DNA from: Salpingoeca rosetta
Taxonomy: Eukaryota > Protista > Choanoflagellata
DNA: 63,983 bases
NCBI GenBank assembly: GCA_033442325.1
Contig: JAWQFM010000014.1
Coordinates: 1,140,901 to 1,204,883 of the forward strand
Direction of reading: 5' to 3'
Position 1 is the first letter of the stretch; each line of letters begins with the position of its first letter. The notes under the pieces are model-generated. The model did not search any database. It was not told the origin of the DNA and was given only the letters and a program-made list of their open reading frames with translations. Position numbers and translations under genes: made by a program. Positions 1 to 35,342 of this stretch are shown here, one piece after another.

Positions 1-9
1 TACGCGGAC

Positions 10-51
<42 letters not shown>

Positions 52-977
52 TCAGCTTGAGCCATTGGCCATCTGTTGCTTGTGAAACGCTTCCAACTCC
101 TCCATCGCCTCAGATGTCATCGGTGCATGCGCCTGAACGACAGCGAGGAAGATGAGTAGATCGAGCGTGGTGGATGGCAACGCCAAAGATCAGATGGACG
201 GATGGAAGGAGTGATGCAAGGTTGCGCAGACAGACACACCCACACAGACAAACACGCACGGTGTCTCTCCCCTGCGTCATCACCACACCTCCTCTGCGAC
301 AACTGCGGCCTGCGGCCACGTGACGGCGGCGTCGTTGCTCTGGGGATGCGATTCCAACTTCCACATGGTCAGCGTCTCAAGCTCATTCACAGGCGCCCAC
401 GTGCGCTCCTGTGCAGGTGCATGTGTGTGAGTGTGCGAGTGAGTGAGTGAGGTTGAGGACGCAGACAGAAGACAGAGGGTTCAACCGGCACAGAACGCCG
501 TCCGCATGCGCAATACCTCAATGTCGCTCTGTGTTTGTGTCGTAGGCTGCAGATGGAGTGCTTTCATGCCCTTGGGTGGCTGAACCTGACACCCCTTGAT
601 GCTGCGTCCACGAAAGGTTGTGCTGAACAAATCACCTGAGCACGCACACGTGCAAGCGAGATCCGTCGTGAACAGAGACACAACGGTGAAGGGGATGGAT
701 GGTGAAGCGAAAGGCAAACGGGCTCCACCCGCATGTAAACGTATCTGAAGGCACCAGCACACGCACAAGCCGACGACAAAGGTGGCAAAGGAGGCGGGAG
801 ACACGATTCGCGTGCATCTCACACACCTTGGTCACCGTCAGGTTGCGGGTCCTGCTGCACAAGTGGTTCAAAGTACTTCTTGGCGTTGGCTTTGCCAGTC
901 TGCGGTTGCCAGCGCTGGTATGAGAGGCGAAAGAAGAGTGTGGGGGGAGACGCATGCAAGTGCGCGTGTGCACAAAC

Positions 978-1012
<35 letters not shown>

Positions 1013-1201
1013 GGCAGACAGACAGACAGACAGACACACAGACACAGACACACAGACACAGACACACGCACACGCACACGCACACGCACGCACACACACA
1101 TGCACAAGTTCTCTCACGTGGTGAATGGTGCATGGCAGGCAGTGCGCCGTCTTGTGCGTCTTGGCCGACGCCTTGGGATGCTCCACGAGTACAATATCCA
1201 T
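52..1201 (-). CDS. RNASEH2C: Ribonuclease H2 subunit C (5 exons: 1201-1118, 899-827, 635-517, 408-289, 132-52)
   Basis: Spliced product MDIVLVEH..AHCLPCTIHH|TGKANAKKYFEP..|GDLFSTTFRGRSIKGCQVQPPKGM..|ERTWAPVNELETLTMWKLESHPQSNDAAVTWPQAAVVAEE|AHAP..*. It matches the family motifs hLPCxI-G-A-V-xYF, FRGRxLxG and WxLExxP..D..W..A..H. All junctions are GT-AG with consistent phase. Extra 5' exons (ATG at 1800) are possible. Confidence 0.85.
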
Positions 1202-1841
1202 GGTATGATGCACAGCCTGGCTGGCAGGTTTGGTGCTCGCCTCGCAGTGATGCTTGTCTCTCCCGTGCCTGGCTGCCTGGAACACTGAGCAGCAACGCAA
1301 CCACAACACCACAACAACAATCGTTTGGAGTGCGCCAAAAACAGCACAAGCGCACAGGTTTTCTGCTGACACACGCACGAAGTCTTGTTGACGTTTGGAG
1401 AGTGGTGTAGATTGGTGTCGTGTGATGTTGTGCTGCTGCTGTTGAGAGCGTGAGAGCCAACAGCAAGGGACAACAGCAAAGGACAACAGCAAGGAGTGGC
1501 TGTATTCTTCTCTTCCTTTCCCCGCCGTCCTCGTTCCTCTGCCGCAGGATGGCCCTGCTGCCGAGCAAATGGAGCAGCTTCAACCTGCCCACAAAGTAAG
1601 CATTCTTGTTTTGTGTGTGTGAGTGAGTGATTGAGTGAGTGAACGAGTGAGTGAGTGTCTGTGTGTGTGTCTGTGATTGAGTGAGTGATTGAGTGAGTGT
1701 CTGTGTGTGTGTGTCCGTGATTGATTGAGTGAGTGAGTGAGTGTCTGTGTGTGTGTGTGCTGTAGTTGCTGACCTTGAGCTTCGTTCGCATCTCGCTCAT
1801 TCCACACCTCTGCTCATACGCCCACAAAACCACCACCCTGT

Positions 1842-7226
<5,385 letters not shown>

Positions 7227-7503
7227 GCAGCAGCGCGCACTGCACTGACTGCCGGTGGCGGTGACAGTTGATGAAGCGACGTGCTGATACGTCTCTCCTT
7301 CATTCAGTAAACAAACGCTTATCCTGCTTGTTTGTGGGAGGAGGGGAGGTGGGAGGAGAGCATGAGGAAGTGGACGAGGGAGAAGGAGGAGGAGAGGTTA
7401 CAACGACGAGATGGACAGACACAGACACAGACACACACACACACCTACACCCACACACACACAGACACACACCCCACACAGACACAGACACACACACACA
7501 CGT

Positions 7504-7638
<135 letters not shown>

Positions 7639-7685
7639 CCATTCTTCTTTCCTCCCGTCCTCCAACCAAAACGACGAGCGCGGTG

Positions 7686-13993
<6,308 letters not shown>

Positions 13994-14291
13994 TTGACGA
14001 AGACAAGGATGGCAGCGCTCGCAGCGACAAGAGGCGTGAAGTGACATGTGACGATGTATGTGACAGACAGTGGCAGTGACAGTGGTGTGAGGGAGGCGAT
14101 TTGCGCGCGCTTGCCTTGACACTAAATTGTGGTGTTCTGTTTGAATTGTCGATAATTTACGAAAACTTCAAATAAAATTCCACAATCCAACCAAAACAAC
14201 AAAACAACCAAACACAAACAACAGACAGCCAGCGACTCCCCCTCCTCCACCCACTGTCACAACCACTCGTCCCCTCCTGCGAACAGCAATC

Positions 14292-20914
<6,623 letters not shown>

Positions 20915-21734
20915 AGCCAACCCCAAACCCCCTGCCTTGCTTCATTCACTCGCACGCGCTTAAGTTTGCTTGTGGTTACAACATTCACTTGTTTTTGTGG
21001 GCTTGCGTCAGCACCCAACTGCTTTGTCATGCATGTTTGCGTCTGCACCATACAGTTTTGACGCAATACAGCAGGCAAGAATGCACGGTTTTTTCATTCG
21101 CAACACCAACGCGCCGCGTTCGCATTCGAGCACGCAACACATACGTGACCTGTCCCGAATTTTGCTCTTCCGGACGGATTATCCCGGACACCAATACGTG
21201 ATGCACGTGTGCAAGACGTCTTGAAACGTGTCCTGCCTTGCTTGATCTTTGGAAGTGTTCCTCTTTGAAAACGCGCAAACACCAAGTGCTCATGAGCGCG
21301 TCAGCACAAGGCACTTTCGATACGACACGACGTGCAACCTTCGCCATTAAGCCCCGTTTCGACCCAAACCTTTGTCCCGCCTTGCTGGTTTGTCGCACTT
21401 GGACAACCGCGCCCAACGGAATCACCCACGCACAACATGCACGAAGCATGTGCCAGCTCGCACGCACTGACAAGCAAACAAGGGCGCAATCCTGCTGCTG
21501 CTGCAATCCAACTCACCGCTTTCATTCACCCACACACGCTCACGCTCACCCAACCCTCTCCACCACCACTTACATCCACCCAAGCCACAACCTGTTTGCA
21601 CGCACAGGTTTGCGTCACAGCACGCAATCCCTCGCTAGTTGCACGCAAGGGTGCAAGCATCACGGCAAAGGTGGTTGGGTTTGAGTTTGGCATCGCTAGG
21701 TCAGTTGTGCATGCGTGTGTGGGTGTGCGCGTGT

Positions 21735-21780
21735 GATTGGTTGGCTCGTTTCGGTTGGTTTGGTTGGGCGGATTGGTTGG
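21735..21780 (+). promoter_or_regulatory. Candidate promoter: two inverted CCAAT boxes (GATTGGTTGG x2) flanking a GGGCGG GC-box
   Basis: GATTGGTTGG at 21735-21744 and 21771-21780; GGGCGG at 21766-21771; upstream of the zinc-finger gene. Confidence 0.35.
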
Positions 21781-23339
21781 CGCGGGGTTGGCACGCACCC
21801 CTTTCGTCTTCAAGCACATAATTTGACAGACCCGCCTTGGCCACCACGCCATTCACCACCACCACCACGCGCGCACTGACACAATCACCAGCACGCACCC
21901 CCCATTCTCTGTTTTGCTTGCTACGTCCGCACAACTGCAGGCAGCGACCATCGACCAGCCAAACCAACAACACCTTGCTTGCTGCACGTTCCTCCACATC
22001 CAATCCAGCACCTTCCATGTACCTCGTCAGCAGCAACATCCTTTGTTCCCGACCACACGCCAACCACCACCTGACCACCACCAACCTTCAACCAATATTT
22101 TGAGCCAGTTCTGCAGGCACCATCGTCATTGTCGTCACTGAGCTTTCTCCCTACTACTTAGCTGTTGTTCTCCACTCATGGGGGTTGGCGACTTTGCGTC
22201 CAGCCTTGCAACCCAGGCAAACATTAGTGCAATAGCCAACCGTCAACAATCATTTCCATCTCCACCCCACCCACCTGCATTCCTCGCAATCGTTCATTCA
22301 CAACCAAGCAGCGACACCCTCAAGCCACTGGATCGCCAAAGGTGCGTCGCGCAGCACAGCGCCTACACACTCGATACACTACTATGCATGCTCGATGCAC
22401 ACACACACCCTCTCCTTTTAGCAACACATTCGAACCACCCGACCTCATGTGTATGTGTGTGTGTGTGTGTGTTTTGGTATGCATCGCCATGCCACATGCT
22501 ATGCTTCCATCACATGCTATGTTTCCACCAATTGCATCACCCAACTCAAAACATTTGCCATGCAACATCCGCAGTGTCCTGCACACAATCTCAACCTAGC
22601 TTTGCCATGTGTTGTTGGTTTGGTTCTTTCATCCACTCAATTGTTCACTTATCACCACGCACTCTCAGCAACACCTTCCACCCATCACTCCTTGCATGAT
22701 CACCAAGCAACCAGCTCACAAACCCTCCGTCAACACACCACCCCACCCGTCGCTTACAGCACGCCCACAACCGGCCCAAGAGCACACGCAAGAAGAAATC
22801 CAAAGCCTGATCACCAACACCGAGCAAGAAGCAGGCAGCGGGAATCGTCTGCATCATCACCGTTTGCATCAAAACAGCGTCCACCCACCGCATTCTCATC
22901 GTCCCGCATCGCCTCAACAACCAAACCCAAGGCCCATCAGCAACACACCGCATTGGCCCATAGCACGCACGCCCAAACCGCAGCCGAACAACGAGCCGAC
23001 CAAGTTGCACCCAGAAACGCGCACACCGCAGGCACGCCTCCCTTCGACCGGATCAACCAACCCTTTGGGTGGCAACCACCAAGCCAAACGGACCTCAGCA
23101 CCCATCACGGAGAAGTGGCCGCTGCGCTGTCGCTTGCCGACTTGAAAACCGCCAACCACCTCATCAACATCAGCATCAACAGCGCATCGCCATCAGCACA
23201 GCTACCCCCCTCCTCGTCTTCCTCGTCGTCAGCTTCCACAGCTCGGTTGCCAACCTCCCCAGTGGGCTGTCGCCGAAGATCTTCCTCCTTCTCCTCGCCT
23301 TTTCCCGCCTCCCCCACGCAGCCAAGCCTGAGCAAGACC

Positions 23340-24992
23340 ATGATGTCCACAAACGAAGTCAACGCGTTCTGCAACTCCCAAGACCGGCATCGTCAGCAGC
23401 AGGCAACGCACACGCTGCCCCAAGAGCACCACCAAGCCCACGCCAAGCCGCACGCCCTTGCACCCAGCGCCGCACACCTCGATGGAGCGGCGCCCTCTAC
23501 CATGACCATGCTCACGGACACGCCCTTCCTTCGCGACGTGCGCTCAGGCACCACTTCCTCCATCTCCCTCGCTTCCGCTCAGAGCGACCAGCAACAGCAG
23601 CAGGAGCAGCAGCACAGCGACCCTGCCAACGCCATGTTCTCCAGCATGGCAGCGCCATCATCGGCTGTGCACCAGCCACACGACTACCACGGCCCCGCAG
23701 CCTACCAGCAGCAGCAGCAGCCACAGGGATATCACCACCACTACCACCACCACCAGCAGCAGCAGCAGCAGCAGCAGCACCTTCTCGTCCCCGCTGGCTT
23801 GACCACCACCCCAACTGACGCCACGGAAGTAGGCACCAGCGACACACGCCCCAGCACCACCACGACGACCACCACACGGGACTCGTGTGGCTCGTCAAGC
23901 GCAGGCTCCTCGGACGGCGGCGACGTTGACACCCTCGGCGACGACGGCGCCTACAAGTTTGTGTGCCCACACCCGGGCTGCAACAAGGTCTATCGGCGCC
24001 GCAACCACCTGCAACGCCACTCCCACTCGCACAAGAAGACGCTGCCGTTTGTCTGCCCGGAGTGTGACCGCGGCTTCCACCGCAAGGACCATTACGAGTA
24101 CCACCGCCGCGTCCACTCTGGCGACAAGCCCTTTGTCTGCGACGAGAAGGACTGCGGCCGTTCCTTCCGCCAGCGCAGCGCCCTCACCCGCCACAAGAAG
24201 AGCCACATCCGCGAGCGCGAGCGCACCTGCACCTACTGCAACCGCGTCCTCTCCAAGCAGGATGACCTGTACGTGCACATCTGCACCATGCACGGCCGTG
24301 AGCTCCTCGAGTCCTTGCCTGCAGGCGCCATGCAAGCCGGCCTGCTCGCAATGGCCCTCCAGCCGCAAGGCGCCAACGCAGCAACTGGCGGAAGCGCGAG
24401 TGTTCGCGGCAACAACAGCGGCAGCGGCAACAGCAGCAGGAGCTCGTCCACGTCGTCTGCGGGCAACGGCACCGCCCAGACCATGCCGCTGATGCTGCTG
24501 CTCCTGCAGCAACTTCAGCTGCAGCAGCAAACCGAGCAGCAGCAGCAGCAGCAACAGCAGCCAGCGACAGGCGTTTCGCAACCACCACAACAGGCACAGC
24601 AGCCCTCGGTCAACCCACAGTCGCTGCCCGCCCGGTACTTTGCACTGCCTGCGACCACCGCCAACAGTGCGAGTGCGAGTGCGCCCGTGCCCCCTCCGCC
24701 TCGCACCCTTCCGCCTGCGCTCCCAACTCACTCGACTGGCACGCAGCAGGACGCTGCTGCCATGTCTTCCTTCTTCCAGGCGCCGTCTGCCCAGCCACAG
24801 TTCCACCAGCAGCGGCATCGTCAGCAACAGCCTCAGCAGCAGCAGCCAGCGCAGCCGCAGCAGTTTCACAACAGCGGGTTTGTGCCACCCGCGTCCTCAG
24901 GCCAGTTGCTCTTCTCTCCACTGCAGCTCCCGTCAGTCCCGCCCGTCACCACAACGCATAACACGTCGTCGCATCAGCCCATGTTCTTCTGA
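23340..24992 (+). CDS. Intronless C2H2 zinc-finger transcription factor (4 fingers, Q/H/S-rich flanks)
   Basis: CPHPGC..H..H, CPEC..H..H, SGDKPF linker, CDEKDC..H..H, CTYC..H...H at about 23960-24293. The frame is open from 22449; ATG 23340 is the first in-frame ATG after a long Met-free stretch, so the start is uncertain. Confidence 0.9.
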   Translation: MMSTNEVNAFCNSQDRHRQQQATHTLPQEHHQAHAKPHALAPSAAHLDGAAPSTMTMLTDTPFLRDVRSGTTSSISLASAQSDQQQQQEQQHSDPANAMFSSMAAPSSAVHQPHDYHGPAAYQQQQQPQGYHHHYHHHQQQQQQQQHLLVPAGLTTTPTDATEVGTSDTRPSTTTTTTTRDSCGSSSAGSSDGGDVDTLGDDGAYKFVCPHPGCNKVYRRRNHLQRHSHSHKKTLPFVCPECDRGFHRKDHYEYHRRVHSGDKPFVCDEKDCGRSFRQRSALTRHKKSHIRERERTCTYCNRVLSKQDDLYVHICTMHGRELLESLPAGAMQAGLLAMALQPQGANAATGGSASVRGNNSGSGNSSRSSSTSSAGNGTAQTMPLMLLLLQQLQLQQQTEQQQQQQQQPATGVSQPPQQAQQPSVNPQSLPARYFALPATTANSASASAPVPPPPRTLPPALPTHSTGTQQDAAAMSSFFQAPSAQPQFHQQRHRQQQPQQQQPAQPQQFHNSGFVPPASSGQLLFSPLQLPSVPPVTTTHNTSSHQPMFF

Positions 24993-25837
24993 ACGTCTGG
25001 ACTCAAGAATACAGGCCTCGCTTCGGTGTTTCAAGACCAGGCCTCACGGCCTTTCTTACCCGCTGATTTGAGCGGTATTTGTTTCAACGAGCCTGTATCA
25101 GCCCGCGAGTTGTGTTCATCTTCTTCAGTAGATGGGTGGTTCCTCTCTTCCTCTGTCTCTAGAATGGTCGTATTTCCTTTCCCCAACGGCCCTTGTTGCT
25201 TTCATCATGGGGGGCCACCTTGTTTCGTCTCACGTAGAGGTAAAGTGTGTTCAGCATGTGTTGTGTGTGTGTGTGTGTGTGGTGTGTGTGTGTGTGTGTG
25301 TCAGGTCTTGTCTCGCCTGACTGCCTGAGCTCTTTACTTGCTTCTGTTCTTCTGTTTGCCCCTCATAAGCGGCACAGTTACATGCCGTATCTCTCCATGG
25401 GTTTTTGTGCGTTTGTTCCCTCCCTGTCCCTGCATCGCGACTCTAAGCGTCCTTCAGCTCATTCTAAATGTACTTTGGTACTACATATTCGCCCCCCCCC
25501 CTTTCGCATTTGAGCATTTGCCCTCGCGTTATCAGCAATTTGTTGCGTTGGTTGTGTATGCCGTGGTGATTCAGTGTGCACGATTTGTTGCTTTGCAGCG
25601 AGGTCATGTAGCCAGCTCACATCAGCGCACATGCCGGCTGTGTGTGCCTTATTCTTTGTGTGGTTTGGTTTGGGCGTGGTTTGGTGTGCGACTGAATTTG
25701 CTTCTCCGTCGCGTGAGCGTAATGGGTCTCAATTGAAAACGTTGTTGAAACAATGGCACCAGAACCGGAGGGATGATGGGAGCTGGAGAGAAGAGAGAAG
25801 GAGAACATTCAGCATGTTTGTTTGTGTGTGCGTGCGT

Positions 25838-25892
<55 letters not shown>

Positions 25893-25992
25893 NNNNNNNN
25901 NNNNNNNNNNNNNNNNNNNNNNNNNNNNNNNNNNNNNNNNNNNNNNNNNNNNNNNNNNNNNNNNNNNNNNNNNNNNNNNNNNNNNNNNNNNN
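25893..25992. other. Assembly gap (100 N) inside a TG repeat
   Basis: N run. Confidence 1.
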
Positions 25993-26024
<32 letters not shown>

Positions 26025-26113
26025 TGTGAGTGAGTGAGTGAGTGAGTGAGTGAGTGAGTGAGTGAGTGAGTGAGTGAGTGAGTGAGTGAGTGAGTGAGTG
26101 AGTGAGTGAGTGA

Positions 26114-26144
<31 letters not shown>

Positions 26145-26199
26145 TTGTGTGTGTGTGTGTGTGTGTGCGTGTGTGCGTGTGAGTGAGTGTTGGCAGGCT

Positions 26200-27730
26200 C
26201 CAAAAAGAGTAAGCGCCACAAAAATCAAGGACGCGGCCGCCACGACCACGACGACGACCATCACCACCATTGCCACCACCCCTGCGTCGGATGAGAACCT
26301 GGCTGGTCACGTCGGGTCCCGTTGTGAACAGCACGCGGTTCTGCGTGAGCACTTCATCTTCTCCCACGCGCGACATTCGCGACACTGATGATGATGATGG
26401 TGGTGGTGGTGGTTTGTGTGTGTGTGTGTGTGTTGGGGGGGGGGCAAACGGAGTAGGGAGGAGGAAGCACAGAAGGCGCATACGTAGGAAGGGTAGGTGG
26501 ACGGACAGACACACACACACACACACACAGACACACAGTCACACAAAACTCACGTGCCAGCCGCAAGACTGCGGAGATCACGTCGCCCCCAGGTGCAGAT
26601 GCGAAGAAGTAGTTTGCAACCCTGTCACGCACAGGCTCGTGCCCCATTTCAGTTGCCAAGTAGGCCTGTTCCTCTGCATGGGTGGGGTGGCACAACAAAT
26701 GTGAAGGGAAGGAATACAAGAAGACGCACAGACACACAGATGCACAGACACACAGAGACACAGACAACACAGACACACACATACGTACACACACAAACGC
26801 ACAGGCAGACAGACAGACAGGCAGACAGAGAGACACAGACACAGACAACACAGACACACAGACAAACAGACACAGACAGACAGGCAGACACAGACACAGA
26901 CACAGACACAGACACAGACACAGACACAGACACAGACACACACACACACACACACACACAAACGAACCTTCAGTGAGGACGGCTTCAGTGACTCCAACGA
27001 ATGTGGCGGGAATCGACCGATCACACCCAATGAGGTCGTCAAGCGACTTGTCCTTGGCGTATACATCAATGTCAGCATACACACCGCCCAGCACGCTCAG
27101 CAACAGATAGCTGTGGCAAACGACATGTGCACATGAGCAGGCGCTGCAGTGGAGGATGCAAATGTGTCTCAAGAACACGTAGGCATACAGAGACACAGAC
27201 ACACAGACACAGACACACAGACACACACACAGAGACAGACAGACACACACACACACACACACAGACACACAGAGACACAGACACACAGACACAGACACAC
27301 AGACACACACACACACACACACAGACAGACAGACAGACCGAGCAAGGTCTGATCGCTGGCCATGGTTTGGCACGGCCCGCACTCGGTTCCACATGGCCGC
27401 CGTTCCTTTGCCCAAGGCCGTGAACAACGTGGTGAGCTTCTGCCTGTCCCAGATGTGCACGTCCCAGCCTTTGTTGCCGCGCATCCACGTCTGCAATGCC
27501 GTCAGCTCCTTGTCCGATAGCGCGTTGTCGTCCCACAGGTTGTGGATGAAGTGGACGTGGCGCGGGATCGCCCCACACTTCGGCTCCGTATATGGCGCCA
27601 ACAGCGCGTGCCGCATACGCCTTCGCTCGGCCCGCTCGTCCCTGCCCAGTCCAAACACAGACACCAGCGCCAACGCCACAGCAACAGCCGCCGCCACCGT
27701 CAGCACCAGCCCTCGCCCACACCGAGGCAT
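26200..27730 (-). CDS. Type II membrane glycosyltransferase, GT32 / Gly_transf_sug DxD family (OCH1/SUR1-like); 3' end unresolved
   Basis: TM GLVLTVAAAVAVALALVSVFGL, IPRHVHFI, QTW..N.GW..HIW, RSDLAR|YLLLSVLGGVYADIDV, VANYFFASAPG and VLFTTGPD. The terminal exon may lie in or beyond the gap at 25893-25992. Confidence 0.88.
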
Positions 27731-27830
27731 CCTCACTCGGTCACTCCTGTTCGCTGCTGGTCACACAACACTGCTGGGTTGTTGTTGTGTGTGTTTTTGT
27801 GCCAACCACGACCACGACCAACAGCAGGCA

Positions 27831-32091
<4,261 letters not shown>

Positions 32092-32490
32092 TAACATAAC
32101 ACCTGCGTCGCGTTGCGATGACGTGGACATGTGATGGTGATTCACCGCTCGTCTGGCATCCGTGAGTGTGTGTGTGTGTGTGTGTATGTGTTTGTGTGTG
32201 TGTGTGTGTCAGCGTGTGTGTGTGTCAGCGTGTGAAAGTGTGTGTGTATGTGTGTGCTGTGTGTGAAAGTGTGTGTGTGTGTTGTGTGGTCTTATTCTGT
32301 CTAACCGATATCTCTATGGTGTGAATTAGGTGTAGGTGGTCGTGTTGAGCGAGAATAGACGCATAAGTATTGGGCATTGTTCGTTCTATTATCTGTCCAT
32401 CACGCACAAACGTAGCCAGCATCCCCCTCTCACATCACATCACGGAAATCAGAGGGAAGCGTCACCATTAAGAGGTGTTGAGTTACACAG

Positions 32491-32496
32491 CATCAG

Positions 32497-32566
<70 letters not shown>
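32491..32566. repeat. (ATC)n trinucleotide repeat immediately 3' of the GINS1-like stop
   Basis: Directly visible. Confidence 0.95.
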
Positions 32567-32570
32567 GTTA

Positions 32571-33018
32571 TCAGTCTACGTGCTTTAGCACCCCCTGTCG
32601 AATGAGCTGTTCAGCGTCAGCGCGCCTCAGCAAGTGCTCTGATCCGCGCGTGAGACTGATCACTTCGCCCGTTTCCGTGTCCAACTCGCCCGCATCCTCA
32701 AGCACACGCACTTGCACATCCAACTCCTTGGGCGGTGTCAGGTTCTGTCAGCACGTCGGGGTGAGACGAGGGGGAAGGAAGGTGTTGGAGGGAGGCGAAG
32801 GTGGGTGAGCGCACAGGGTGGCGAGACAGCGAAGCAGAATTTGCGGGCAGTCAGGCAGTCGGACAGTCAGTCAAACAGACATGGTGGTTACACACGACAC
32901 AGAAGCAGCAGCACAGTGGCAGAGACAGTAAGCGGGACGGACGGACCCTTGTGAGGTCAATGTCCAGGTCGTTCATGTATTTGCTGAGCAAGTTGTTGTA
33001 TTGCCGCATCGTCACGCG
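32571..33018 (-). CDS. GINS1: GINS complex subunit Psf1, C-terminal part only (exons 33018-32947 and 32744-32571)
   Basis: RVTMRQYNNLLSKYMNDLDIDLTR|NLTPPKELDVQVRVLEDAGELDTETGEVISLTRGSEHLLRRADAEQLIRQGVLKHVD* matches the Psf1 linker and B-domain (PPK..EVR.L.D.GE..QLIRQG.LEH). N-terminal exons were not found. Confidence 0.85.
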
Positions 33019-34005
33019 CTGGGGGAGAAGAAGTGCAAGGGGTTGAGCGGTGTGTGCATGTGTGTGTGTGTGTGCATGTGCGTGTGTGTGTGTGTGTGTT
33101 GTGTGTGTGTGCCTGTGTTGTGTGTGCATTTGTGTGTGCGTGCGTGTGTGTGTGCGTGTGTGTGTGTGTGCGCGCGCGGGGATGAGTGAAGGTGGACGAC
33201 TTTGGTTTAGTTGTAATGACTCCATCCACACATCCACCCTTGCCCGACCTCCTCTTCACACCTTCACCCGCGACCCCCCTCCCTTCTTCACATCGTCCCA
33301 CCACGGCCACACGTGTGTGTGGTGGCAGTCGTATCTACACATGCGCGCTGCGCAGGCGGCGGTGAGCGCGAGTCCGCGCAATTCAAACCGCACGCGGATG
33401 CCCGGTGTTGGCGAGCTGGAGGGGCTGGGCAGGCGGCAGTGGCGCGGTGACAGAGATGATGATGATGATGATGATGATGCTGGTGATGGTGCTGGTGATG
33501 ATAACGGCGGTGAAGGTGGGCAGATGGATGACGATGATGATGATGGTGGTGGTGATGGTGGTGGTGATGGTGGTGGTGATGGTGGGCGGTGGAATGCACC
33601 GCATATGAACCCGCCAAAGTCCAAGCTCCAGTTTCGATAACGATGCGTGATGTGTGTGTATGTGTGGCGGTGGTGGTCGCTGTTGAGGGGGATAGTCGAC
33701 TTGACTGCAGTTTACAGAGAACACATTTCATGCGTTGGGTGCGCTCGAATACAAGACGAGGGGGCAAGCCACAATTCCTCAGTTGCATGCGTGTAACGAA
33801 ACGTGACATCACCAACAGCACAGAGCAACGCAGGGGCAGACACAGTGAGACAGACAGACAGACAGACAGACAGACGGACAGACAGATAGAGAAAGTGAGA
33901 CAAACAAAGAGACAGACACACACACATACACACAAAGAGACACATTGACACACACACACACACACACACACGCAACGCCTGGGTGTGTGGCTTTGCAGGG
34001 GCTGG

Positions 34006-35280
34006 CTAGTCGTGGACGAACGACCTGAGGAGGGCGAGGAGTTGCGCCCACTCGTCGTCGTGCTCGTGCAGCGGATACATGTGGCACGGCAGCGACGGGT
34101 GCGCACCGCTCAGCTCGAAACTGCACGCGCGGAGGTGTGTGTGTGTGTGTGTGTGAGCTGACGAGTGAAGAAAGGGAGTTGAGGTGGAAGAAGGAGGGGG
34201 GGGGGCGTGGCACAGAGAGACGTACCAATACACGCATGCATGCACGAAAGCATTCACACACAGACACACAGACACAGACACACAGACACACCAGGCACAC
34301 AGACAGACACACAGAGACACACAGGCACACAAACATGCACACCTCCTGAGCGCGTCTGTGTGCTGCTGTTGAAGAACGGAGAATGCGTCCGACAAGCGGT
34401 GCGGGAGGACCTCGTCACGCGGGTGATAGATGCAGAAACTCCGCTGTTGCATCATGCAAGGGAATGCATGCAAGCACAAGCAGCACGATGGAGTACAAAG
34501 GCAGGATAGGGGTGGATGAAAGCAATACGTGACACGGAAAAGGGGCGCGAGAGAAGGAGTGGTGAATGCTGCCACAATCGCAACTGGACCACCGATGATC
34601 CACCACGACCACCACGACCACCACGATCATCATCATCATCACCCTCCTCCTCCTCCTCCTTCTCCTCCTCCTCCTTCTCCTCCTCCTCATCATCATCATC
34701 AACAACAACACGAAGGTGCATACGTTGACGTCGAAGGTGTCGACAGCATCGAGTTGCCAGCCCGCGGCCCGCATGAACAGCGGTACGAGCGGGAAGAGCA
34801 GGCGCAGATGGCGCACAGCCAGCGCTACAGGCCGAACATGTGTGAGCGTGTGTGAAAGTGTGTGAACGAGCGCAAAAGTGTGCGAACGTGGGTGAAGGGA
34901 GGCATTGATCATGATAATAATGACGGTGACGATAGTGGTGGTGGTAGTGGTGGGAGTTAGGAAGTGATGACCTGCGTACGACTACGACTGAGGCAAATGT
35001 ACAGACAAGCAGAGGGATGAACAATGCGGAGTGTCACACCAATTGTGATTGTGGCGATGGTGACGCTCCATCTGGGCACATCGTCAGCAAACGCCGAGAA
35101 GCGGATGGTCGTGTGCGCAGCAAGCCCCTGACACACATGCACACATCGATGACAAGTAGTTGAATATGCCAGTGTTAGACGCGAAACAGTCGCACACGCA
35201 ATGTTGAGATGGTGGTGTCATGAAACGTGATGCCATGACAAAATGCACAAAGACTGAGATAGTGCGTGCGTTTGTGCGTG

Positions 35281-35342
<62 letters not shown>

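Noticed and set aside
1277-1800. Upstream exons (MSEMRTKLK|VEAAPF..) extending RNASEH2C
   Set aside because: Splice-like sites exist, but there is no family similarity and no confident donor for the middle exon; may be 5' UTR.
22449-23339. N-terminal ~300 aa of the 847-aa zinc-finger ORF
   Set aside because: Begins in a GT repeat and is low-complexity, C/A-rich and stop-poor; more likely leader sequence, though not excluded.
23895-24869. Long antisense ORFs over the zinc-finger and SNX25 exons
   Set aside because: Shadow ORFs expected from GC-rich codon usage; no motifs.
25617-25790. Putative last GT32 exon (SHHPSGSGA..)
   Set aside because: Good acceptor, but phase and donor cannot be established across the N gap and the expected H..GSW motif is incomplete.
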